From assembly GCA_963693365.1 (NCBI GenBank), contig CAVNZM010000007.1, positions 9,421,962 to 9,485,961 of the forward strand: a stretch of DNA of 64,000 nt, in the 5' to 3' direction. How positions within the stretch are numbered: position 1 is the stretch's first letter; the number at the start of each line of letters is the position of its first letter. The stretch comes from Amoebidium appalachense. Taxonomy: Eukaryota; Protista; Ichthyosporea. Positions 29,746-53,845 of the stretch are shown piece after piece. The notes under the pieces were generated by a model that was not told where the DNA came from, ran no database searches, and saw only the letters and a program-made list of their open reading frames with translations. The position numbers and the translations under genes are program-made.

Positions 29746-31407
29746 CACACGTACACGCACACACACAGACGCACGCACGCACACGTGTACACACACACGC
29801 GTGCACACACACACACACGCACACGCACACACATGTACACACACGCGCGCACACACACGGTCACACGCACACGCACACACGCACACGTACACACACACAC
29901 ACGCACACACGCACACAAACACACAGGGAGGAAGGAAAGATACACAGGCACACACACACACAACCTATCGGACTCGCAGACGCAAACTTTCACACATACT
30001 GATCATGACCACACACCCATGTATGTACACATAAGCACATACACACACACACACACGGTGTCACGGCGTCACACGTGACACTGTGTGCGCACTTACCCAC
30101 CCGCACGCACCCACACTCGCACCCACACCCACCCACACACACACGCGCACACACACAGATGTTGCATACGTATGACATGTATGCTTCATCATGTCATGAT
30201 CAGGGTCCCGGAAGAGCTTCAAGTTGTAGGGCACCGGTGGTGGTGGGGGGGGGGGGGGGGGGGGGAAGGGGGGGGGGGGGGGGGGAAGCTGCCAATATCA
30301 TAGGGGGGCCGAGGGGGAAGGTTTCATGATCATGCAAGTTGTTGCATGCGCAGGCTCTGAGCAAGTTTGGGATTTCCCCTAAAAAGAGGGCAGTCTGATC
30401 TCCAGTCTGACCCCTTTTACATAATGCCTCCGTGGCAACGTACAGTTCCCATAGATAGGCCTGCCTTTCAAAAATATAATCCCTGGTGCACTTCCATATC
30501 ATGGATCAGGAACGCAATAGTTATTGCAACCAGGGGCCCTGGGGGCAACCTACTCATATGGCGTGCTCAGCGTTCAGCGGTAATGCATGCAAATTTCCTG
30601 CCCTAAAATTGAAAGGTGTATACTATGTCCATTTTCAGAAGCTCTAGCTGCCATTCTCGAAATTCCCTAAAAACACACTGAACTGAATTTATTAGTTAGC
30701 CTGTCTTCAAATTTTGGTGTCCTGCTAGGCTGCCCTCGAAGTTCAAACTATATGTAGTGAAACAGATAATTGATCAGCGGTAACTGTTACTAATAGGGAA
30801 GGGGAATGATTCGTGCAAGTTACCGTTTTCATTTCTGAACTCTCGAGCCTAGAAGGCGGAGAGGGGGGGAGGCGGAGGGGGGGGGGGGGGGGGGGAGGGG
30901 GAGGGAGGGAGGGAGGTGGAGAAGGATGCATCATTTAAACTTGTGATCACACGTACCTACCACCTTGCAAGCGACATTCACTTAACTGATAAGCTTTATT
31001 ATTATCATATATTTACGTAACCAAGGTCTATTCATCAACATAGTGAGTCATCATATACCTATAACATGCATACACAAGAACATCACTACCATCCATATGT
31101 GTACGTTACCATATGGTTAATCCGGCTTTAATCCGGCACGCCTATTGGCCGAAACAACTTAACTTAAAACTCGCTAGCGTCATGACGTCATGTGTGCACG
31201 TGTGTGCAGAAATGACGAACAATGCACTCAGCCTGTGTCGATATTGACACGCCTAATTTAGCTTCACACTACTGCTATGCACATGGTATATTATTCTTTC
31301 TCGATACTTTAAGGCCCTAAAAATGGACGAGTGCTCAGCGTGTGTGACATTGTGTGTGTGGGTGTGTTTGTGCGTGCGTTCGTGAGGATGTGTGTGTGCG
31401 CGCGCGC

Positions 31408-31438
<31 letters not shown>

Positions 31439-31829
31439 GTGCGTAAGTGTGTGTGTCTGTGCGTATGTGTGTGTGTGTTTGTGCCGGCGGGTTGATGCTG
31501 GTGGTGGTGGTCTGTAACTCTGATTGATTGTGAGTGCTCATGTGTGAGAGCCTGTCCCAAAAAGCTATTGTAACAAGCTGGGTGTGGTTGCAGTGTAAAT
31601 CTATGTATCCTATGAGCCCATCAACGAATCACAACCTCGAACAAGTGGCTGGGCATTCACGGACATGTGTGCATGAGGACTCACGTGTGTGTATGCATAA
31701 AAGCACCAATATGTGTGCGAATATATGTGATGAATGTGCATGCATGGCCGTGTGGAGTTGCAGTAGAAAAGCCCAAACACAGGCAACAGCATAGATGTGC
31801 ACAGCGCACTACCCACCAGGCCCGGGCAC

Positions 31830-42510
<10,681 letters not shown>

Positions 42511-44579
42511 TTGGAATTGCAGCTAAGATTCCGAAAGACTAAAAGTGGCTAGGATTCCTTGTATGACCGCACGGTGATTAGAAAAGGTAGCATTCAATCA
42601 GTTGGCGTTTTTTTCATGTATATGAACCATTAATGACATATGTATATAAAACACTAATGACTGTAAGGCAAGAGGGGCGTTCCCTATTGTGATGCTGGTG
42701 TGCCGTGCTTTAGCCGAACACTGTGTGTGTGCACATTCAGAAGGTTAGTTTAGTTATCGTGAATGGTGTGACCATGTGACCGCGTACACTCACACACTTA
42801 ACGTGAATACGACCAGCTATGCGTCTAATATCGAGACCACACAACTATACTGACGTTGGAATGTAGTCAGAGCACAATGTTTTTTTCCAATTTTTTTCCG
42901 ATGTTCTTTTTGTTTTATCACGATGAAGCTTTTTGCTTTTCTTCTTTTCAAAGTGTGTGTGCGGTTCAAATTACTCGCTTCCATATATGGCAACTGTGGC
43001 TCACAGCTGGCTGGCTAAGTCAAGTCACGTGATCAGTTACGCTATTTAGCAGTCGACCGAAACGGCAAGCCCCTCCTTGGAGCCTGGAGGCTTAGAGGCC
43101 AAGGAGGCCTTGCCTTGGAGGCCTTGCCGAACAGCTGTCTCCTTGCGTTTTCAGTGAGGATGACTCAGGATGTACCGAGGACGTGTGAACATATTAGCAT
43201 TGATGGAGAGCGAGATTTCGCCAGAAAGAACAATAGATTATGGTCCACGTCTTTGCCTGCTGGGCAATTCACATTCATTTGGTGAGTCATCGCCATCCCA
43301 CCGCAGACACAGTTTCACTGGCAAAGGTGTAGTGGTGGTGTTTTTGAAACAAGAACACCCAGGTCACGGCAGGGCCACGGTGTGGTGATGGTGATACATG
43401 GTGTTAAAAAAATTGGTGTGCGTGCGGTGTGTGCGTGTGCGTGCATGCATGTGTTTGTGTGTTCGTGTGTGTGCGTGGTTGGGGGGGCGTCTGAGTGTGT
43501 GCATACCGTAGCACTGTGTGCACGCGTGTTTCTTGCGGTACGTGTGTGTGTGTGTTTCTATGTACAGGTGTGTGTGTGCTACGGCCTACACACCCGACAG
43601 TGTGTTTGCGACTGTGTGAGTGTGTGACACGTGTGTGTGTTTGAGTGCACGCACGCGCACGCTCTCGTTGTATGTGTGCTATTATCTTAGTGAGTGAAAC
43701 CATGTGTTTTTGTAAACTTATGCATGCGTGCTCATGCGAATGCGAATGCGCGCGAGTGCATATATTTGTGAAGCGGCTGAATCGGCAAGTGGTACGGGTG
43801 ATGGTGCTGTGCAAGTAAGTGTGTGTGTGTGGAAGACGCGTGAGGGGGGGAGGGGGGGGGGTCAATAGTTTATCACTTTCCACTTGACAAGGTCCGTTAA
43901 AAAGCAAATTATTGGCATGTATTACATAACTATGGCCGTTGAAGTTATACATTCACTTCACAAACTATGTCGGCACGTCAATCATACTAACTTAGGACCA
44001 AATTCATCAAGTTATTTATACTAACTTCGAGAGAGGATACACAAGCTTACAAAGAGATGTTGCTAACAGCACCCTGTACACACACAGGATGAATACCACG
44101 TGCATAAACCATGTTATTACCCGCATTGCTATCGGAGGTACATACTTCTTTTGATCGACTCTTTTCTGTAACAAAGTACGCGTCCTGAAATCTACATATT
44201 TGAGGGTGTGCACGGAAAACTCTGAGCCACCCACGGTTTGCTAGATACGATTATTTCGCCTGAGTGGGTTAGCAAGACGTGAAAAAGTGTGGTCGTATGT
44301 CACAGTGGGTCGGGATAGCCGAAGGGTAGGGTGGTGTATGTGCGGGGAGAGGGGGAGGGGGGGGGGAGGGAGGAGGGGTGTTACGTGTCCAGATCAAATC
44401 CGGTTCGATCAGATTAACCATATAAGGAAACTCAAAAAAAGTCGTTTTTACGAAAGGGGCCCTACGTGTTCGTGTGGATGTTGGCCAACCGGGAAAAAAA
44501 GGGGGGGGGGGGGGGGGGGGGGGGGGGAAGGGGGGGGGAAGGACGGAGGTATGAAGGAGAGGAGCAGGAAATTGACAAC

Positions 44580-45473
44580 TCAATACCCATCCACGATTTG
44601 CACATACGTGCTATGACGCCGGGACATGACCACCATCACCGGCACCGTCCCCATCAGGCCGAGCAAAAACGACACTGCAGCCAAATACACCGGCACACCC
44701 ACGTTGGTCGACGTCTGCTCCGTGGCTCCAGGTTGCACAAGCTCGGTAACAAACATGGAAACAGCTGCAGGAACAAACCCCATGGCATATGTTGATGTGA
44801 AAAGAATGGCCGTGCTTGCACCAGCAACTAAAGTGGCCAGTTGAAGAATTGTCAGGCCAAGCACCATGTGCGGCACATAGCGAATAGTGCTGCCGCCAAA
44901 GAAAGTTGCACTGGACAGCCAGGCAAACGACACCGTACCTGCATGGAAATAATGGGGTTCTGGTTAGATAGTAGTGGGACAAAACCACGGGATAAATGAG
45001 GAAAAAAAGGAGATGAATCAGTAATAATGACTTTTTATGGGATGGGATAGATCGCAAGCTGGCAGCAATATGAGCATAGGTGTAGGCAGTAAATGCGCAT
45101 TGAATAACGAATAAACAGTGAAGAGTTGCGAGAGGAAGGAGGAGGGAGTAAGGGAGGGTGGAGGGGAAGATGCGACGGAAGCCTTGGAGGGAGGGAGGGA
45201 GGGAGGGAGGGGGGAGGGCGGGTGGAGATAGAGAGAGAGCGGAGGGCGGGTGGAGATAGAGAGAGAGAGCAAGAGAGGAAGGAGTAAAGGGGGGGGTGGA
45301 ACGAGAGAGAACGAGGGAGAGAGAGGGGGAGCTAGAACGAGAGACCGAGAGAGAGTGAGAGATAGAGTGAAGAGAGGGAGAGGGAAAGAGTTACAGAGAG
45401 AGAGAGAGAGAGCAAAAGATGGGACGAGAACAAGAGGGTTGAAGAGGGGGGCAGAGGAGAGGGGGGGGGGGGG

Positions 45474-45515
<42 letters not shown>

Positions 45516-46164
45516 GTAGGGGGGGCAAGAGATCTCCAAGAGTGAGCGCGCAAAAGAGCGCCGCCAAAGGGGGGCAGAGGGGGGAGGGGGGGGGGGGTCC
45601 AGAGTGCGTGAAGGGGGGCAGTGGGGGGGATGGAGAGAAAGAGGGATAGGGAGAGATAGAGAGGGAGCCGAGGGAATGGAGGGAGGGAGGGAGAGAGAGG
45701 AAGGTGAGAGAGGAGGGGAAGTGGGGGGAAGCGCACCCAGTCCTGCCGACACAATGAGCAGCATCCTACCGGCCCACAGCAGCGGGTTGGACTCCTCATA
45801 GTCCGCACACACCCGGTTACCCGCCCCTATCTGTTCCCCGCACACCTGCCACAGCCCTGTAGTGATCGACACACCCTGCGTGCACACCAAGTTTAGGCCA
45901 CAAGCATGCCAAAAAGAGATAAAACATCAACAACCGGGTGGGCGGGGAAAGGAATGGAGAGGAAGAAGAGGCGGAGTTGTAGAAGGACTAGGGAAGAGGA
46001 AGTTTTAAGAACAAAAAGAAACTCTGTGCAACTAATTGCAAGCTTGTGAGCAAACCCTTCCTCCCCGCCCCGTCCCCCCCCCCCCCCCCCCCCCCCCCCA
46101 ACCCCACCAAAAACAACACAGGCACACACACACAGAACACACACAGACACAGATACAGACACAC

Positions 46165-46198
<34 letters not shown>

Positions 46199-46697
46199 CA
46201 CACACACACACAACATACGAGCACAGTCTCTCACGCACACACATACCAGCAACCCCACTTTCGACTCAACTATCCTGATGAAAATTTTCTTTCATTCTCA
46301 GTAACAAGCCTTGTTAGCCCAAAAATTTGAAATAGAGCAGTCACTTTGGGGTGTGGTATTGCCTGAAACCTGTGCCGGTTCATACATATGCATGCACCGT
46401 TACCCCGGATAACCTGAAAGTCAAGGGCAGCCTGTCGTACAAACACCGGAAAAAATGAACGTCCAAAACAATTGAAAGGGAATCTTTGGACACATCTTCG
46501 GCTTCTTAACATACAAAGCACTCAAACGAAGCATCGGCGCACATGGGTGCGCGCTGCAAGTTCCCACATACCTCTGGGTTGAAGGTCTTCACCGACCACG
46601 AAGACAAGGCCACAGACACGGCCGTGAGGGTTGCTGTACCTACCGACAGACAAACAGCAAAAGCCAAAGTCAACACCAGCCTGTCGGGCGGACTCAT
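44580..46697 (-). CDS. Claudin/PMP22/EMP superfamily four-pass membrane protein, 3 exons
   Basis: Exons 46515-46697, 45737-45875, 44580-44938 are phase-consistent. TM1 is followed by W (SSW), then GLWQVC-x9-C (the W-GLW-C-C signature), three further hydrophobic helices and a short tail ending YVQIVDGY. Confidence 0.85.
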
Positions 46698-47509
46698 AGT
46701 GCCAACAACACACTACTGTCTATAAAATCGCCGAGGTTTATTTTGGATGCTTGCAGGCAAAGATTCGGTATCTTGACGAAACTGCGTGTATAAAGGTGCC
46801 TTTGCATCAGATTAGCACTGCATTCGCTAAACCTGGTGTGCTCAGATGTCATTGAAGCTTTGAGCCGCAGACTGCGTTACAGGTGACCTATTCTGTTAGT
46901 CAATTGGTACATCAAATGCTGCCACTATGGTGTCGCCTGCTGTGTGAGCTTATCCCTTCAAACTTTGGCGTCGATTTAGAGGTTACTATTAGGCTGATTG
47001 CAAAGGCCAACAGTTCAGCCAGGCTGCTCGGATGGTCTGTCCAAATGGTCGCTCAGCAATAGAATGCAATGCACTACATAAAGTCAGCCTACATTATAGG
47101 CTACATACTGTGCACAATAGGTAGCCTACACCCTGTTCAAACGGTTGCATGTGGTCTGACTGAACTCAACAGGACCGTACCATACCAGGTCCTTCTTTCT
47201 ATAGACCAAGCTGACTCTTCAAAGTAATCTTCGGTCGATTTGGGCTTCCAGGGCAAACGAGTGACGTCATGGTCAGGTAGACTACTGACCTAAGTTGATG
47301 CTCCATCTGCCAATCAAACGGTCCGGATGGTCAGAACCAATCCGATACCTTTCTTATAATCCTTTTTTGGTAACATCCCTGGTTGGAAGTTGGAACTTGG
47401 AAGTTGGAACGGTTTAGCCCCGTGGCCCGGCGGCAGCCCCAGCCGCCCACACTTCGACAGACGACTGAGTGCAGCTCAAGGCCTCCTAGATACAACTAGT
47501 GCAGCTGCA

Positions 47510-47552
47510 GTGAGGATCACGGTCCTCTGAGCACAGAGGCCGTGGTGAGGAT
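47510..47552. mobile_element. 27-bp palindromic insert flanked by a perfect 8-bp direct repeat (candidate minimal MITE or transposon remnant)
   Basis: GTGAGGAT [CACGGTCCTCTG AGCA CAGAGGCCGTG] GTGAGGAT. Confidence 0.55.
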
Positions 47553-48085
47553 GCCCACTAGCCGGCCAGCCAGCCAACCGTTGATCCGGCATGTGGCTTG
47601 CTCGGCACAAGTGCACTCATAGCGTTGCGTGCTCATCAAGGAAACAGGCACGGATAAAGTGAAGTCTTGTATACATGCGTGGGCTTGCATATGCTGTTTT
47701 ATTCTTAATCTGGCTATGATGGTGATGGAGAGCGACTTGTTTATGCAAACATGTACAAGTGCATGAGCATTATATCGTTGGAGAAAAATTCTCTGCTCAG
47801 CTTAATTGTATGAGCATGGAAGTTGTAATGATCGCTCCACACTTGCCCATGCACTTGGGTCTTGCGCATAAAGATCAAGGAATGCTATCGAAAAACCCGG
47901 ATATGTATTCATGTATGCTTGGGCTTGCATGTGGCGTTCTAATCTTCTTCACTAATATTAGAGAACGGAGACTTGTCTGCTGTAGTAGTGTGCACGTATT
48001 ACTGGCCTGAAGCACAATGATACGTGTGCAACCATGAACACTGTGTGAGTGTGTTTATGCTTGTGTCACACCAGTGTGTGTGTGT

Positions 48086-48116
<31 letters not shown>

Positions 48117-48788
48117 GGGGGGGGGTGGTGTGTGTGTGTGTGTTTGTGTGTGTGTGCGTTCGTGCAAGCATGCGTCACCGTGTGACGTGTGTGCCAGTCC
48201 GTGTGTGTGTGTGTGTGTGTGTGTGTCTATCTGAGTGTGTTCCGCACGTACGCGCAAAATGTCAGTGGCCCCCGTACCAGGGGTGTGACTGCGCATGCAG
48301 AAGTGGGTGCTCATCCCAAGTGAGAATGCTTTTTGTGCATGTTCGACTCCTTGAGTGTGCATGGGTGTCCGACAGTTATGCGACAACATGTAACACTGAG
48401 TTGCCAAGCTGAATAGGAAAGAAGAGCCTCTTAAATTTTCACTTACGCCGTGTGCGAGGCCGTTTTCCCAACTTTCAATTAGTATCACTTGACAACAAGG
48501 CTTTCTGCGGACGCGCCTCTCAGGCTCCACCAACCCACACGACTTACCAGCTGCACATATTCTAGCCACTGCACTCGGCCACAAAGTGCCACTTGCCGAA
48601 ACCATGGCAACACAACTGCACGAACAACAAGCATCAAAACGCTACCGTTCCAGCAGCTGGCTGACTAGAAATCAAGAAGCACTTCCTACGTGATACGAGT
48701 TGAAACACAAACAGCACTCTTGCCTCCAGCCAGACAAGACAAGCGCCATAAACTGAGCATAAAACAATTACCAAACCGAATAAAACAC

Positions 48789-48794
48789 TTTATT
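48789..48794 (-). promoter_or_regulatory. Candidate AATAAA polyadenylation signal of the CYSTM gene
   Basis: TTTATT on the plus strand, ~400 nt downstream of the stop codon and followed by T/G-rich sequence on the sense strand. Confidence 0.35.
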
Positions 48795-49199
48795 GTTTAG
48801 GTTTTTGATTTACAGTAGGTGTCAAGCCCACTCTGCCTGACCAACGAACTTAACAACACCTCTTCCGGCACGTTTTTATAACATTTTCCACTACCTTTCC
48901 ATCATAACGTGGTAGTTGTTTTCTCGACTGGCACAGCAACCAAAATAAAACATCTTCTGTGTACAGAAAAAATAGATATTTCTCAAAGCAGGATTGAAAG
49001 GAAGCATGTTTCTGACTCATTCGCAAGACTGTTACCAAACCCAAGTTCACGCTGATGGTTAGTGAACACTGTTGCTCGTTACTAGGGAGATGCGTTAGGG
49101 AAATAGAATACACGTGGCACGTGCACACACGCATATGAAAGTCTAGCACAGCTGGAGAAAGTAGAACCCACATATTCCGACAAGGCTAACTCACACGGC

Positions 49200-49715
49200 T
49201 TATGTCATGGCGTCAAGCAGGCAGCAGGCAGCACAGCAGGCAAGGCACGCTAGGCACCCAGCCTCACCACCACCAGTGTTGTTGTTCTTCTCCTTAATGA
49301 TGACCGTCTGTGGTTGCTGCTGGTGTGCGGGATAGGGCGGCTGCGGATACTGCTGACCTTGGTGCACGTTCTGCTTGCCAGAGTCACCGGGTTGCTGGTA
49401 TTGGTACTGAGGGGCAGGGTAGCCGGGAGGCGGTGGGCCATAGTTGGCAGGCTGCTGGGGGTATGCTGGGTACTGCTGGGGAGGATACTGCTGAGGGGGG
49501 TACTGTTGAGGTGGGTAGCCGGCGTTGGGGTCAGGGTAGCCCTGGCCAGGTGGAGGGTAGGGTGGGTAACCACCCTGTGCGGGAGGGTAGCTGCCTTGGG
49601 CTGGCATTGCTGGATAGCCCTGCCCCGGAGGCGGGTAGGGGGGGTGGCCGCCGCTAGGCGCAGAGGGGTACCCTGGCTGAGAAGGGGGAGGGTACGGGTT
49701 CTTCTCGTCGGCCAT
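49200..49715 (-). CDS. CYSTM-family tail-anchored protein (Pro/Gln/Tyr/Gly-rich, C-terminal cysteine-rich module)
   Basis: Single 171-aa ORF with repeated YPPQ/GYP units and C-terminal GCLACLACCAACCLLDAM, typical of CYSTM1-like proteins. Confidence 0.9.
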   Translation of the reverse strand: MADEKNPYPPPSQPGYPSAPSGGHPPYPPPGQGYPAMPAQGSYPPAQGGYPPYPPPGQGYPDPNAGYPPQQYPPQQYPPQQYPAYPQQPANYGPPPPGYPAPQYQYQQPGDSGKQNVHQGQQYPQPPYPAHQQQPQTVIIKEKNNNTGGGEAGCLACLACCAACCLLDAMT

Positions 49716-50816
49716 GTTGTTCTATTGTCTTTCACTTATTAGCTGTCAAACTATCAGTTTTAGAAACACGAACAAGTCTGCAATGATCAGAGAGAAACAA
49801 GACAAGGATTTTTATCGGGGACTGTGGCTGGCGGATCTACAAACAGCCAATCACATCATACCCGTTTAACTCAGAGCCTATCCGCAATAACCGTTAAATT
49901 CAATAGAGACGTGCATTTTTATGCTGAGAGAAGTTGCAGCACTGAATGATGATCTAACATCTAATTCTAATGGCTACAACTTTTGACCAAATTTAGACCA
50001 GGATTTAGTTTATTGAGAAACAAACTATTTAATTTCTAGTGTTCAAGCCAAACCTTATTATGTTATGAACCGAAACCAGTCATGCAGGTTGTAGCCTGTA
50101 GTCAGGTGCCGCCCGCAATCGGTTCAGATCTTTTGCCCCCACTCCATGACGTAACGCCCGAAAGCGCAAGTCATGAGCCACGTTTAGTGCGTGACACAAT
50201 CGCACGATCGTTCTGTCTAATCTAATATTCTGAACGATTGCACTGAAGCCTCACAAAATTTAGGTTACACTACAATCTTCCAATATGAGCAATGAGAGAA
50301 TGGGTATGTGAGGGGCCCCTCTAGTCCCTCCGTGGCTACTGTGGCCCCACAGTCGTTGCATGATCATGGCCTGTTTCCTCTTGAGCCCAGAGTACACTCT
50401 TGGCCATAAAAGGTCTGAAGCTGACTGTGGCGCGCGGAAAACGTTCACTATCGATATCCGTGCGTCTCTTGCATAGCTATATAGTCCCATTGAATTTTTT
50501 TTTTATATCGGATTTTATTTCGATCGAGGCACCAGACAGGGCTAAGAATGGATATATAGCACAGTTGCCATAGACACAACGAGATAGTCGCTGAATTTTC
50601 ACCAGAGTCGTTCTAAATCAAATCTGGCAGCGGCCAGAGAACACAGTCACTGTGCCGGGATAGGGCCCAACTACAACAGCCGGCAAAAAGACAGAATTAA
50701 ATTCAGTCCCCTTTCAGTTATTATAGATCATAAGGCGCAGCTAAGCGGACAAATTTAATCCAACAAACTTTGAAGCAGAAGACATTGTGCCCCTCGGGGG
50801 CCCGAGGGAGGGGGCC

Positions 50817-50818
<2 letters not shown>

Positions 50819-50897
<79 letters not shown>
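50819..50897. repeat. Uninterrupted poly-G tract (~79 nt), the longest homopolymer in the window
   Basis: Directly visible; preceded by the GC palindromes CCCTCGGGGGCCCGAGGG and GGGGCCCC. Confidence 0.9.
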
Positions 50898-50898
<1 letters not shown>

Positions 50899-51139
50899 TA
50901 GAATTATCCAGGGCCTGTATAAACAAATTTTTTTTGCTGACGACAGCAGAATGAACTTTCTCCCAGCTGATTTATTCTCTAAAAAATATTAATTCAGGGC
51001 CTTATCAGAACATTACTCAGTGCAGCAAAGAAAGGATTATTCAGCAAAAGCAGAATCATCTACATGCAAGAATCATCGAATCTAATCTGATACATTTGAA
51101 GCAAACTTATTCTGTGTTTGCCGCGTTTTTTTTTTTTTT

Positions 51140-51170
<31 letters not shown>

Positions 51171-51257
51171 GGAGGGAGGGAGGGGGGGGGGGGGGCACGT
51201 GTAGTGTGTGTGTGTGTGTGGGTGTGTGTGTGTGCGCGCGCGTGTGTGTGACGTGTC

Positions 51258-51306
<49 letters not shown>

Positions 51307-51436
51307 ACACACCAGTGCAGGGTAGGCAGAACTTTGCCCAACCGTTGTGAAAGTAATTACCCTTTGATAACTGGCATTTTTTTTTGAACTCTGCAGCCCC
51401 GTGCAACTAACATACACAGTTTGGAATTGGATGCCC

Positions 51437-51472
<36 letters not shown>

Positions 51473-52029
51473 TCCAATCCCAATTTGAAAACAAGCTGCC
51501 ACCCCCCTTGCTGTTGCTGCAACCCTATGCCACAGTGCTAGTGCCCAGGTCACCTAAATAAGGATTACAGTGTCCGTCCCAGCAGAACATCGTTCGTGCA
51601 AAAGATTCCACAAACCAAAAATTTCCCAGAAATTTGTGATCGCGGTGACGGCCGCTTAATTCCGGTATACTATCTTACAGCAAAAGGACCCCCCTCCTGC
51701 CTCCCTTCCTCCCCACCCTCCCCCAGGACCTCCCCCCTCCCCCCCCCCCCCCCCCCCCTCCCCCCCCCCCCCCCCCTCCCCTCCCGAATTCATTATCGGG
51801 CTCGTGCCAGAACTCTTTTAGACACGGGGATCCCGGTGTCCCCCTGGATCACTTTGGGATTGCGCCCTACAATACCTCCCTCTCCTAACAAACAGTATCT
51901 CACCTTTTCTCAAAATGTAGACCGTGTAAACCCCCGAACAAACCTGTGAACAATCTCACCTCAAATATGAATTCGAAGCCGAGAATCCTTCCACGACAGT
52001 CATGTCAACATGTTCAAAATCACGTTTGT

Positions 52030-52078
<49 letters not shown>

Positions 52079-53351
52079 ATCACCGTTCAACAAACCTCCG
52101 CGCACATTGTCAGCCTCACTGCTAACAATCACATGCCCCTTCCCTTGCCCCACCAACCCTTCTCTTCAACTTAAGCTTGGCCCCCTCCTTCCTCCCCCCT
52201 CCCACCCCCAACCCCCGCTCCCCCTCCCTAGGCCTCCCTCCACCTCTTTGCCCGCCACCTCCGCGGCGCCCTGAGTGCCCTCCCCCACCACCCCCTTCCC
52301 CCCCCCCCCTCCCCTCCCCCCCCCCCCCCCCCCCCCCCCCTCACTCTCCCTCCCCCCAAACACACACACACACACACACGTGCACACACACACACGCACA
52401 GTTATTAAGTCTAGATCTTAGAGCCGGCCAGTACTGTGATTCAGAACATTTTCATATATTTTTTCTGCCTGTCATCCACTGTGGCAGGCGGACTGGCTGC
52501 CAGTCTAGTGCCTGGTATACTGCAATATATCTGTGCTGGTGTGTGTATGCCAAGTCATGCCACAGTGTGTGTGTGTCACAATGTGTGTATGTGTAGAACG
52601 GTGTGTGTGTGTGTGTGTGCACGTGATGAGGGGCAGCAGGAAGGGGAGTGGGTAGCCCTTTTGTAGGTCGCGATTTTACAAACCAGCATGATCGGCAGCA
52701 ACGAAAACTCATCAAGTTTACGAAAGGTGACATTGCATTTATTATGCGTGCCGTACATTAAATTACGACAGCTGACGTTGTATTTCTACTATTTAGCACA
52801 AATATTCTTACCGGATGATCGTGAGTTACAGTTGCCTTATCCCCCCCCCCCCCCCCCCCCCCCCCACCTCCCCCCCAAAACAAACACACACACACACGAA
52901 CAGACGCGCCACCACACACACACACACAGGGGGCCTCTAATAGCACAAATTCAACACCATCTGCCCAGCCTGTTGCATGTGGCCCGCTGCCATTCGGAGC
53001 AACATGCATCCCATATGCCTTCAGAAGGGTTCCTGTCCTCTAATGGTGACTCTACATTGTCGGAATAGCCTTGTGGTCATTAAGGTGGCCTTAAGTTGTG
53101 CCTATCACCATCAATAGATAACAACCCCCCCCCCCCCCTCCCCCCAACTTGAAAAAAAAAAAGGAATAAAAATGAAAATAAAAATCACACACACACACAA
53201 AAGAAGATAAAACCAACACAAGTGAAAAGAGCCTAATTGATTGATCAGAGAGCATCTCCCCCCCCCCCTCCCCCAAACACATACACACACACAGAAAAAA
53301 AGAAACCAAAGGCGAGCAGACGCTAAATCGTGCATTCCAGCCATGCGAGGC

Positions 53352-53809
53352 CTAGAACCATGAGTACCGCACATAGATGAACAGGATCACCACCAGCCCC
53401 ACCACAGCCAGCGGCCCATACTTGCGGTACATTTCCTGTGTGCCCGCTCAGTTAGTTCCTTTCACCTATGCTACTTAGCAACACACAACACACACACACC
53501 ACCAACACGACTGCCATCAACATGCGCGCGCGCACACGTGCACACACACACACACGGGCACACGCGCGCGCGCACACACACACACAAAAACACACAACAC
53601 AGGCGCGCACACACATTGACGGTGTACGCGCGCGCACACACCCATCCACACAGATGCTAGTCATCTTAGCGGTTCCTTTATTCCCCCTCCCCCCCTTCTC
53701 CCAAAAAATAAAAATAAAAATAAAAAACAAATAAAAAACGAATAAAAAGAATTACCACCACCACCCAACCAGACAAACAGAAGTGACAGACCAAACACAA
53801 ACGTGCCAT

Positions 53810-53845
<36 letters not shown>

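Noticed and set aside
48290-48362. GTTCGACTCC resembling a tRNA T-loop
   Set aside because: The T-stem does not pair and no D or anticodon arms can be drawn.
49250-49742. Overlapping alternative-frame and antisense ORFs over the CYSTM gene
   Set aside because: Shadows of a GC-rich repetitive coding sequence.
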